From NCBI RefSeq assembly GCF_018350175.1, contig NC_058382.1, positions 58,406,001 through 58,470,000 on the forward strand: DNA of 64,000 nucleotides, given 5' to 3'. Source of the DNA: Felis catus (lineage: Eukaryota). A model generated the notes under the pieces. That model saw nothing but the letters and a program-made list of their open reading frames with translations. It had not been told where the DNA came from and did no database searches. A program made the position numbers and the translations under genes. The first letter of the stretch is position 1. Every line of letters begins with the position of its first letter. This document shows positions 40,906 through 51,840 of the stretch, one piece after another.

Positions 40906-41761
40906 GTGAGTGGGGGTCGCGGGGGCCTGGGGTCTCGGGTCGCAGCCACGCAGGCCCGGATCGGGTCGGCTACGCGCCGTCTACCGGCGCCCGGGAGTGG
41001 GCCGTGGGCGGCTGTGCACGAGGCGGGCGCCCCCGTTCTGGGGTCCGGCTCACGTTCACCGAAGCGGTGTAAGCCACCTTCTGACTTCTTCGCGGCGGGC
41101 CGTGCTCGGTAGCGAAGGACTCCCTGCTCTGTATGGCACACCGCCTTTCTGTGACGCTTTATTACGTTATCGGAGGACAGCGTCGGGAAGGTTCGGTCAA
41201 GGAAGAGGGCGTTGTTTCTTATCAAAGGGCTGTTTCGACTGAATAGGGACTGTGTCTCCATAAGCAGAATTCTGGGTCGTTAGACCTCACAGGGTCTGCA
41301 CAGAGGCCGTTGGAGTTGTCTGCTCGTTCCGTGCTACCTCTGCCGGGTTCTTTGTGTCCGGGCGGAATGGCTTTTTCCCGTTCCAGCCGGCTGTGATCCT
41401 GTACCTTTGGTCTGACCGTGGACGTGTTCCTCAGGACTCACAAGTCACTCGTGGTTTCTTGTTTGTGCTCAGCGCTAGTCTGTAGGCCCCCTCGTCTACG
41501 TCGTACGGAGCAGACATTGTGCTCTCAGCCCGTGTTTCATTGATAACCTTTCGTCAACAGAGAATAGTTTGGAAATATCAAGAGTCGTCAGTGCCCAGAA
41601 TTCAAAACCCGGGTGTGGGTGTGGGTGTGGGTGCCGAGCGGCAGACGACTTTGCTAGCCTGGCGGCCAGTGTGTTGGGGGAAGGCCTGACCCGTGTAACG
41701 CGTGGGCTTAGAAACAACCTGTCAGGACGACGTTGTCTCATGAAATTGTTTTGGGCTTTAG

Positions 41762-41898
41762 TGTATGGCCCCATCCCGCACACCTTCGAGGAGGAGTGGG
41801 TGGCTAAGCAGACCAAGAGGATGCTGGACATGAAGGTCAGCCCGATCCAGGGCTTCTCAGCCAAGTGGGACTACGACAAGAACGAGTGGAAGAAGTAG
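41762..41898 (+). CDS. COX4I1: COX4I1 exon 5 coding part
   Basis: Acceptor ttgttttgggctttag; encodes (V)[47 protein letters not shown] ends at 41898. Confidence 0.96.
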
Positions 41899-41921
41899 GA
41901 GCCGCCACTCCGCCCACCCGA

Positions 41922-41947
41922 GCCTCGCCTCGCCTCGCCTCGCCTCG
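41922..41947 (+). repeat. (GCCTC)5 microsatellite in COX4I1 3' UTR
   Basis: Five perfect pentamer copies directly visible. Confidence 0.95.
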
Positions 41948-42010
41948 TTCCGCCACCTCCGTGCAGCTCAGCGCGGCTCCCGGAAACTGTTATGTTGCAG
42001 TACCGATGCT

Positions 42011-42016
42011 AATAAA
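42011..42016 (+). terminator. COX4I1: COX4I1 polyadenylation signal AATAAA
   Basis: Canonical hexamer 112 nt after the stop codon, followed by GT/T-rich sequence. Confidence 0.85.
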
Positions 42017-44191
42017 CGAGCAGTTTACGTGAACCCTGCCGTGGTCGCTTCTTTGGTGACTGTAAGCGCCAGTGCCCGTTGTTTGAAACGGTTTGTCCCA
42101 AGTGTCTGTTGCAAACATATCTCGGGTGTAGACGAAATAGCAAGAGTAAGTCGTTCAAGGGGACTTCATATAAAAACGAGAAACGTAGGGTCTTTGTACG
42201 CGGGGTGTTTTGGTTTTGGTTTCGACTAGAAAAGCTGGACCAGCAGAAGCCCCCGTGGCTGTTTTTCTTGTGGGACCGCCCTCCCACCTTGACATTGTCA
42301 GTGCTGGTCGGAGTGGGTGACCGTGGGCTTAGGAAGGGCGGGCTGAGCTCCGTCAGTGATGGACTTGGTTCCCTGGCCGCTCTCAGCCTTTTAGTTTAGA
42401 AAGCGACGTCGGAGTCCGTGCCAGGGAACTGGCATCATCCCAGCCCCAGCAGGCCCCCTCTGGGCTCGCATCCCGCTGTCCTGCTCTCCCGCCTGCCCTG
42501 CCCGCCAGATCCCCTCGCTGATCCCTGGAGGCCCTGCCGAAACAGCAGAACAGATCCTAGAATGTTCCATGCGAGGAGCTGTGCAGAGGGCTGGCACAGA
42601 GGGGTCTCCCAGCAGCCTCGGTGGGGAGTGTGCGGAGAGTGGGAGGCGGCCTTTGAGAAGCGCAGCCGTAACTGGGAGGGGAAGTTGGCCTGGGGCTCGA
42701 TCAGAGGCTGTCGCAGGTGGTTAGAAGGCTTGAACTAAGTAGCTGAAAATTCAGCAGGTTATGTAAAACCCCTGATTGTAGAATCGTCCTGATGGTTTAG
42801 GAATGCCCTTGCTCCCTTGTTTTGAAGGGCCCACTGACTTCCCTGGGAGGGCCTCCCCGCCTTGGGGGGAGGGATGCTGGCATCTGCAGGGGATGGGAGT
42901 CTGGCTCTGAGGGCCAGTGTGAGGCCACTATAGCCTCCGGATGGCCTCACCTACAAAGCTTGGGCCTCCTGCTAGATGGTACCATTTTCAGCTCTTTCCC
43001 AGGGTGGGCTCCTGCATGGGCCCGAGGTGCCTGACGTGGCCCAGGGTCACTCCTGACTCATTACCTGGCCCTTCTGACCCTTAAATGACCCACTGATTGA
43101 GAACCCACCCGGGCCAAGCACTTCAAGGCCACTGTCCCTCCACAGAACAACCCCGAGAGGAAGGGGCCTTTACCCCGGGTTAGACGATGGAGCTAAACGG
43201 GGCTAGAAGTGGAGGGCTCTGCCTGAGGGAACTCGAGAGAGTCCTGGAGACGGTGTTCGAAGGTCCTTCTGACCCCCGGACTCTTACGCCGGAAAGCTCC
43301 AGACAAAGTCTCCTTGAGCCTGGGGACTTTCTCTGGGGTAACCAGGCTTTCTTGGCCTGCCCTTACCGTGTTGAAACCTGCTCTCTTGAACTTGCTAAGA
43401 GGGTTCTAGTTGTACGTCAGCGTCCGTTTCCAAAGTGTGACCGTGGAGTCCTGTCGTCTGTGTCCTTGCCCCTTCCTGCCACCGTAGTGGCAACTCAGGA
43501 GGGAGCAGCGTTCGTGCCCGGTTCAGTCTGCCATCCTTACGCCAGAGGGCCACCTGACCTTTGCTCTCTCATCTGCATGCTGTGGGGTGTGACAGACCTG
43601 ACCCTTGGGGCCCTTATCCTTACAGGGCTCGTAGGAACACCGAGGACGAGTAAGACGATGGGCAGAATGGGAAGCTTCGATGATGCTCCTCAGGGTTGAT
43701 GGAGACAGGGTTGGGGTGGGCGTGGGAACAAGTTGAGGTTGGTTGGGGGAGGGCTCCCTGAGGATGTGACTAGTCAAGGACCAGCCAAGAAGAGCGTCAA
43801 AAGTCGTCTTGGGGTGGGGGTGCGGGTGGCAGGTGCAAACGGTTCCAGACAAAGGCCCTGGGAGGGCAGAGCTGAAAGCCCACCAACCGGGCTGAAGTGC
43901 CGTGCGGGGGCGGGGAGGAAGGAAGCTGGGGCAGAGTGGTGGGAACACCAGGGAGGCCGGGGGGTCCCTGCGCCCCTAGGAGTGGGGCTCCTGACAGACC
44001 CAGGCTTGGTCTCCACGTGGAGCCATCTGCAGAGCCCCCCCCCCCGGCAGCTCCTCACCTTTCGCCGGGAGAGTTCCCGGCTATTGAAATGCACCTTGTC
44101 CCTTTTTCCTATTATTTTTGCCTCTCACTCGTGTTCACCTTGTTACCAGCCGGCAGCTTTCCACCCTGCACAACTTAAAAAAAATCATTCC

Positions 44192-44386
44192 GGAGGCGCC
44201 TGGGTGGCTCAGCCAGTTGAACGTCGGACTTGTGATTTTGACTGAGGTCATGATCCCAGAGTCGTGGGATCGAGCCTTGCGTTGGGCTTTGTGTTGAGTG
44301 TGGAGCCTGCTTGACATTCTGTCTCTCTCTGCCCCTCTCCTCTGCTAAAAATGTAAATAAATAAATAGGTAAATAAATAAATAAAA
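44192..44386 (+). mobile_element. CanSINE with (TAAA)n tail
   Basis: ggcgcctgggtggctcagccagttgaacgtcggact head; TSD-like aaaaa..ttcc. Confidence 0.9.
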
Positions 44387-44966
44387 GTTATTCCCTGCAA
44401 AGGGACAGTCAACAGCAGACTTCTGAAACACAATCCTAGAAGGCAGAAGGCGGTGGAACGGTAATTTCCTCTCGAATGACAGAATCCGTGAAACGGTTAT
44501 AACGAGCAGAGAAAGCAAGATCTTCATAGGTGAAGATCAGCTTTTATTACTGACTGACTGGTCTCTGGAGAAGTGCTGCAGGGCACGGTCAGGAAGAAGG
44601 GGATGGAACTCCGAGGGAAGGAGTGGGCCGCGAGAAGGAAGGGCAGAGGAACCGGGAGCCGTGAAGGCAGGTGCGCCCCCGCGCCGGTGAGGGCAGCGGT
44701 GAACTCGACGATGACAGTTGTGGGGGTGAGTGGCTAGCAGCATGGGGAAGGGATTCTAGGAGGATGGAGCCTGCAGTGACCTCCTTCTTGAGTGTGTGTG
44801 AACCCCCACATAAAAACAGCAACTAGAGAAGCCAAAATCCATACTGACGGTATCAGAAAATGAGGCAAGGAGGTATTAGTCCCACGGAACACCCCTTCCC
44901 AACGATGGAGAGTGGAAGGCGGAAGCTAGGGAATATCAACTATGGCTCCGTGACCAGTCCACTTTT

Positions 44967-45063
44967 TGTCTGTTCCTGTGGCCTATCTGCTTCCTGTCTG
45001 CTTCCTATGGCCCGTCTGCTTCCTATAACCTGTCTGCTTCCCGACGGCTTGCGGTCTGCTTCT
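44967..45063. repeat. Degenerate tandem repeat with core (G)TCTGCTTCC
   Basis: Five or six core copies at 11-22 bp spacing, e.g. tgtctgcttcctatggcc / cgtctgcttcctataacc. Confidence 0.75.
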
Positions 45064-45424
45064 TTGTACCCCTTGTGTGTTACCAGGCGAGCTTCTTCAA
45101 AACTCAGTAGTGGTGGCTCCTTCCATCACGGCAGTTGAGTCTGGTCTCGGTCTTTCTCATGCAGGATTAGCCTAGCAGAGTTCTTCGAGAAGGCCTGGTA
45201 CAGGGGGAGAGCAGCGCGCAGCCGGGCCTGGGATGTGGAGGAGTTTCTGTGTGCCGTCCTGCCGTGGAGAGGCTGTCAGCTGGGGCTTTGAGGAGCCTGA
45301 GGCATCCCGGGTCCCACGAGGTGTCACAGAGCGGTCTCCAAAAGGGAGTGTCACCGTGGTGGGGGCAGGAGCACGGTCAATTAGTTTTTTTCGAAAAGAG
45401 CAATCAAATAGGTTGAACATGTAA

Positions 45425-45629
45425 TTTTTTTTTTTTTAAAGTTTATTTTGAGGGATCGTGTGCGTGCATGCCTGGGGGAGGGGCAGAGAGAGGGAGAGAG
45501 AGGATCCCAAGCAGGCTCTGCATGGACAGTGAGGAGCCCCCCATGGGGCTCGAACCCGTGAACCGTGAGATCATGACCTGAGCTGAAACTAAGAGTCAGA
45601 TGCTCAACCAGCTGAGCCACAGGTGCCCC
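45425..45629 (-). mobile_element. CanSINE (cluster copy 1)
   Basis: TSD gaacatgta at 45415 and 45630. Confidence 0.92.
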
Positions 45630-45649
45630 GAACATGTACTTTTTAAAAT

Positions 45650-45856
45650 AATTTTTTAATGTTTATTTTTGAGAGAGAGACAGTCTGAATACAAGTGGGG
45701 GAGGAGAAGAGAGAGAGGGAGGCACAGAATCCGAAGCAGGCTCCAGGCTCCGAGCTGTCGGCACAGAGCCCGACGCGGGGCTCGAACTCACGAACTACAA
45801 GAATGTGACCTGATGTGAAGCTGGATGCTTAAGCGGCTGAGCCACCCAGGCTCCCC
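45650..45856 (-). mobile_element. CanSINE (cluster copy 2)
   Basis: Full body ending ctgagccacccaggctcccc. Confidence 0.92.
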
Positions 45857-45880
45857 TACGTGTATTTTTTTTTTTAATAG

Positions 45881-46094
45881 TTTTTTTTTTTAACGTTTAT
45901 TTATTTTTGAGACAGAGAGAGACAGAGCACGAATGGGGGAGGGTCAGAGAGAGGGAGACACAGAATCCGAAACAGGCTCCAGGCTCCGAGCTGTCAGCAC
46001 AGAGCCTGACGTGGGGCTCGAACTCACGGACCGCGAGATCATGACCTGAGCCCAAGTCGGACGCTTAACCGACTGAGCCACCCAGGCGCCCCCC
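45881..46094 (-). mobile_element. CanSINE (cluster copy 3)
   Basis: Full body; TSD cctacgtgtattttt on both sides. Confidence 0.93.
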
Positions 46095-46284
46095 TACGTG
46101 TATTTTTAATGCATCTTTGATATTGGTATTTGAAGGAGAAAAAGATGTTTTTAGGTTAAGAGAACGTCGATAGCACTTTTTCTTTAAAATAGGTTTTTAT
46201 TGCAAAATAGTTGCCAGTATTTTTACTTTAGTTATGTTATTTTTAGTACACACATAATTGTTCTTTTTAGTTTTTAAAAAAAAA

Positions 46285-46496
46285 TTTTTTTTTCAACGTT
46301 TATTTAGTTTTGGGACAGAGAGAGACAGAGCATGAACGGGGGAGGGGCAAAGAGAGAGGAAGACACAGAATCGGAAACAGGCTCCAGGCTCCGAGCCATC
46401 AGCCCAGAGCCTGACGCGGGGCTCGAACTCACGGACCGCGAGATCGTGACCTGGCTGAAGTCGGACGCTTAACCGACTGCGCCACCCAGGCGCCCC
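46285..46496 (-). mobile_element. CanSINE, young feline type (SINEC_Fc-like)
   Basis: gagccatcagcccagagcc diagnostic stretch, CpG-intact; TSD tagtttttaaaaaa at 46268 and 46497. Confidence 0.93.
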
Positions 46497-46510
46497 TAGT
46501 TTTTAAAAAA

Positions 46511-47131
46511 TTTATTTAAAATATAATTTATTGTCAAATACCTTCCATACAACACCCAGCGCTCATCCCAACAGGTGCCTTCCCCAATGCCCATCACCCA
46601 CCTCCCCTCCCTTGCACCCCCCATCAACCCTCAGTTTGTTCTCTGTATTTAAGAGTCTCTGATGGTTTGCCTCCCTCCCTCTCTGTTTGTAAGTTTTTTT
46701 CCCCCCCTTCCCTTTGCCCATGGTCTTCTGTTAAGTTTCTCAAGATCCACATATAAGTGAAAACATGATATCTGTCTTTCTCTGACTGACTTATTTCACT
46801 CAGCATAATACCTTCTAGTTCCATCCACGTTGTTGCAAATGGCATGATTTTATCCTTTCTCATTGCCAAGTAGTATTCCATTGTACGTATAAACTACATC
46901 TTCTGTATCCATTCGTCAGCTGATGGACATTTAGGCTCTTTCCATACTTTGGCTGTTGTTGAAAGCGCTGCTATCAACATTGGGGTACGTGTGCCCCTGT
47001 GCATCAGCACTCCTGTGTCCCTTGGGTAAATTCCTAGCAGTGCTATTGCTGGGTCGTAGGGTAGATCTATTTGTAATTTTTCGTGGAGCCTCCACACTGT
47101 TTTCCAGAGCAGCCGCACCAGTTTGCATTTC
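46511..47131 (-). mobile_element. 5'-truncated L1 (carnivore type): ORF2 C-terminus plus 3' UTR
   Basis: ORF track gives L1 ORF2 C-terminal peptides ..LWKTVWR..LPYDPAIALLGIYP..WKEPKCPSADEWIQKM and MEYYLAMRKDKIMPFATTWMELEGIMLSEISQSEKDRYH. Confidence 0.95.
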
Positions 47132-50129
47132 CGAGATAACACTTTTTTGATAGCGACTCTTAGAAACCCTTTTCAGATTCTGTCAAGTCTTCTGGGTGCT
47201 TTGAAATGCTTCACAAGTTGAAGCCGACACTACCTTCTTGCGTCTGACTTGCCTTCAGAGCGTTGGTTTCTCCCGGTGCGATGAACTCCCAGGACTATTC
47301 CCGCAGCCCTCACACGTGTCAGATGTGGGCTCACTCCACACGTCGCCTAAACCCTAGACCGCACAAAAGCTGGTGAGGGGCTGAGTGTGCCTCCAGCACC
47401 TGGGTCCCGGCCCTGGCTTACCATTCTCATGCATCATTTGTTCACAACAGCTGGGAGTTACTCACTGCATTTTACAAAGTCAGGGATGGGGGCACAGAGA
47501 GGTGCAGTGCCTTGGCTGAGGTCACACAGCCGGTAAAGGCAGTGCTGGGATTCAACCCCCCGGTGGCCTGCACCAGAACCCCATCAGCGGCTGCTGTGGT
47601 GCAGTCTTTGCTTGGGCCCCTGGCCCACAGTAGGTGCTCAGTAAATGTTTACTGAGTACACGTGTCCAAACTCTAGGACGAGTCAACCTCTCAGGATCTT
47701 TTCAAATGACTTCTTCATCTCCCTGTGACAGCCACCACTTCCTGGCCGCTGAACCAACCAAAAGTCGACACCCAAATCAGCCACAGTCGCTGTTGTCCAA
47801 CTGACCAATCACATCACAGCAGCTCAGCCGTCCCTTCCCAGACCTGCCCTACAGGCAGCATCTGGGATGGATGTTAGGAATCCCATTCCTTCCATGAAAC
47901 ATAATCGTACGGTGCCACTGCCACTGTGAATCTGGTGCACAAGCAGGGTGTGGGTCGCAGACAGGGATGGAAAGCGACACTATCACCGTCGGGGGATTAC
48001 GGTCCCCTGTAAGAAGCCGATGGGCGCTCTGGCCACCGCTCTCAAAGATGCGCCCATGGAGGTCCAGGCCCGGTCATTGCTAGTCTGAGCCAGGGTGACC
48101 ACCTCGTCCTGGCTTACCCTGGGCCCTTTACAGTTTTAGCTCAAAAGCTCTGCGTCCCTAGGGTTGTCAATTACGTTGTGTCGTAGGACACGAAGGCCGT
48201 CCTGACAAAGTCCCACAGGAAGCACAGGAACTGTCCATGCAGGCGACCACACATCCTGGAGCCCCTTGGTCCCAGGGTGACCGGAGGGTTGGCCACCCAG
48301 CTGCAGAGCCGTGTTGAGAGCGGGCATCCCTCCTGAGGGCGCTGAAGTTCACGAGGAAGTTCATGGTGAAACAGGCTATGTTCCCGTGTTCCTCAGTCCC
48401 GGCTGCGAGGTGGGGCCTCCTGGCGGCCACCTGAAGGCACTGAGGCGTGGGCCTCACCCTGGGTGTATCAGGAGGGTTTAAAATCTCCCCCGGGTGACTC
48501 AGTGTAGGTTCGAACCGCTGTGTTCATTCCCAGGTTGCCTGGAGAATGGGTGGGACCAACAGACTTCTGCCCCAACCCGGGGCTCCTGAGCCAGACTCTC
48601 CAGGGGAGCGAACCTGGAGTAAGTAAGCCCCCAGGCAGGTGCTCTTGAGGCCAGGCTCGGGGTGGGGACGCCACCTGCTCCGGACGAGCCTGGTGACCAA
48701 GGGGGGACCCAGCTGCTGAACTGGGCTGACGGGAGAGGTAGGGAGGTGTTCGGTGCGAGGTCCCCGCGTTGACACGGGCTCTCCCCCATCAGCAGGCTTT
48801 TGAACCTCACACCCTCACGGAGGTGGCACGGGGCTGGCTGTCATATCCCCTGTGAACACGAGGTGGCATGCAGGCTCCGTGCTTGTCCTGCAGCCCCTAG
48901 AGGTTGGCTCTGCCTTTACATTTCTTCCCCCCTTGTGAGACTTGTCTCCTGGAAAGCTGGAGGAGAGTGGGTGCAATCTGGGTTCTGGACGGTGGCCTGA
49001 ATCGTCCTGCTGGGCGTGACGTTCCTTTGAAAGTCTCGTGTCTGTTGGTGGACATTCATGGGCGTGTATATTGTAGTTTGCTCCACCACACGGCTGTATT
49101 TGTTTGAAAACGGGAGCGATTATTTCTGCAAATTGAGAGTGAAATGGACCCCCCTCCCTGTTTCCCTGGGGGAAAAGCTTTTGTAGGCTTCTCAGCACCA
49201 CACACGTCAGAGGTGAACTCACCTTCTCCGACTTGAGGAGCTCAGATCCGTGTGATCGGGCCCCAGATCTGCCTCCACCCCGGGGAAGGGGACGGAGCGA
49301 GATAGACTCCCCCTTTGTCCATGTCCCTACCGATGCCAAACCTCTGCGATTGGAAGGACGGGACCCCCGTCCTCATGGGTCAAGCGAGACGCATTTTCAT
49401 CTGCTCGGTAAAGCTCGGTTTATTTCCGAACTCGTGTCGCTGTCAAATTACCCGTGAACTGCTTTCTACTTCCAGGCTCCGAGGGTGACTGTTATGTAAC
49501 AGAGCTGAAAAACATCGTGTCAAGGGCCCACTTTGGAAATGGGGAAACAGAGCCTCTGGGAGCCGGGCTGTGTGGGGTGGGGAAGCCAGGCCCTGAGTCT
49601 AGTTCTGGTTGCCCAGTAGCCTGGTGAGCGCCCTGCCTCTTCCTGCCTGGTGTCACAAGGACGGCTGCCACTGGGGAGCTGGGCGGGTTCCTCAGCCAAC
49701 CTGCAGACTCCGGCCACACGCAGCAACTCCTGAAATGGCAGCCGTCGGCATCCGCGGGGCTCCCGCAGTGGACGCCGCTGCTTTGTGGCCCGGGGTCTGT
49801 CCAGGTTGATGATGCAGCTTCCCCATGCTGGGAACACTGGGGTTTTACAGGGAAAATGAAGTTTCCAGAGACCTTCTCAGGGCCTTCTTATGTTGACATG
49901 TTTTGGCTCTCAGCCTAAAGTCGCTGAGCCCGGGTTCAACCTCCCTGCCCCGCAGAGCACTGAGCAGTGCACGAGCTGCCTTCAGGGCCTTGCCTGTCCA
50001 GCTCCCCTGCCCCCAGCGTCACCAGGAGAGAGAGGCTTCTTATCCAGGGTGGGCAACAGCTTGGGTTCGCACTTCTGGCCTTGGGCTCTGGGCTTCTGGT
50101 CGTGTGTGGGGCAGCCTGAGGGACTGGGC

Positions 50130-50154
50130 TGTGTGTGTGTGTGTGTGCGTGTGT
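50130..50154. repeat. (TG)n microsatellite
   Basis: tgtgtgtgtgtgtgtgtgcgtgtgt. Confidence 0.9.
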
Positions 50155-51479
50155 GGTGAGTATCTCAGAAGCCACAGGAGTAAACAGGGTATGTTTTCTT
50201 GGGGCATCGTTTTCACTCAAAGTTTTGGAAAAAAGTTCTTACTGTTTATAAGTAGAGCAAACACGGATATACCGTAGAACGGAATGAAAAGCTTAAGTCA
50301 GTTTTAAAGATAAAACACATGACTTCAAAGAGATTTGCACGGGGGCCAGTTGGAACTCTCCGTGGCGGAGCTCTCCTCTGCTTAAAGCAACTTGAAGAAT
50401 AAGTCCGTGAGCCACACGCATTTGTTAAGTACATGCTATGTGCAAGGCACTGAGGGACCAGGAAATGGGAGACACAGCTCCCGCTCATGATGGTCTCATG
50501 GTCGAGAGAGGGGTCTTAGCTTCATCACCACCATCACCGTCACCATTATTACCTTCTTCTTCATCTTAATAAGCTTCAAAACACCTGTTTGCCTCTCACT
50601 GTAACCCTGGTTTCTAGGATGTTGCCTGACACCTATGAGATAGCCAATAAATATTTACCAAATGGGTGCTTGAGCGTGACATAATCAAGCCAATGTCTGT
50701 GTTGTGTATTATCTTGGTTCCTGTTTACTGCAGTCCTAGAAGTAGGAAAGTACAGTTATCTGTTCTAGATGGGGACGTTGAGGGAGGCTGGACACCTTCC
50801 AGAGGCCGTATGCCAAGTAAACGGTAGAGTCAGGATCTAGATCCTGGTCTGTCCAACTGCAGTGCCCGCAGCTCCGCCTTGCCCCATGGTGGCCTGAGGA
50901 TCCTGGCACAGCCATCAGATTGGACTTGAGCTGAGAGGGCACGAGCCCCCGAGGCTGGCTGGGTCGGGACGGCTTTGATTTAGCTTCTCCACGGGAGGCT
51001 GAGGCGATCCAGTGTCCGGATGGCAGAGACGGCCAGCTGGAGTTGACCACATGGGTTCCGGAGGTGTGACAGCAGGGAATTTAGGCAGCAATTTCATGTT
51101 TGGGGATTCTTGGCCAGTAGCCACGTGGGCTTCGGGTCCCGCCAAGTTGTTTCTGGTTGTTTCTGCATGCAGCGTAGCTGTGCTGGGCTGGAGGGCGTCT
51201 CGCGGGGTTTTCCCTTTGATCAGGAGTTTGCTGGGGGCACCTGTAAAGCAGAGTCACAAGGTTGCCCTGGAGGACTTTCCCGGCCATTAGGGCCACTGCT
51301 TCCTCAAACCTCCCCGAGGCCCCATTGGAAAACACCAGCGTGGGATCCTCATGCGTCTGGGAGAACTGCTGTTCTGGGGCTGGGACGTGATGGGCTGGGG
51401 AGACTGAGGGCCCACGTCAGGTGCCTGGATGCAGTGTTGGGTGCTAGCTCGGCGTCAGGGTCGGGCAGAATAGGAGTGT

Positions 51480-51840
51480 CCTGTGCCTACAGAAACAAGT
51501 TATTCCAGACTGGGGGCTTAAGACCACGGGCATTCACTCACTCTCCCCGTTCCGGAGGGCAGAAGTCCAGAGTCAAGGTGTGGGCAGGGCTGTGCTCGCT
51601 CCGGAGGATGCAAGGAAGGACTTTCCTCTTCTGGCGGCTCCTGGCATTCTTGGGTTTGTGGCTGCAGCGCTTTGGTCCCTCACCCCATTGTCACGCGGCC
51701 TTCCCTGTGTCTGTCCAATTTCCTTCCCCTTTCTCTTCTAAGGACACCTGGCATTGGGTTTATGGCCCACCCTAGTCCAGTGTGGCATTTGTGAGGACTC
51801 TATTTCCAAACGAGGTCACGTTCACAGGGTCTGGACTTCA
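51480..51840 (+). mobile_element. MaLR LTR (MLT1-like)
   Basis: ccagactgggggcttaagaccac..ttccggagggcagaagtccagagtcaaggtgtgggcagggctgtgctc..tctaaggacacc..ctctatttccaaacgaggtcacgttcacagg. Confidence 0.75.

Noticed and set aside
40593..41898. ORFs 40593-41072 and 41569-41898 (and 17495-17776, 18874-19155) as standalone genes
   Set aside because: Each is a true exon of COX4I1 or EMC8 plus intronic read-through; the splice sites define the real boundaries.
45415..46110. Short motif repeated four times at about 220-bp spacing as a repeat-spacer array
   Set aside because: The 'spacers' are CanSINEs and the repeats are their target-site duplications; reported as a serial insertion site instead.
46624..47142. 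Two ORFs with real protein similarity as a host gene or active element
   Set aside because: They are L1 ORF2 C-terminal remnants, 5'-truncated and interrupted by a stop, with no EN or RT domain.
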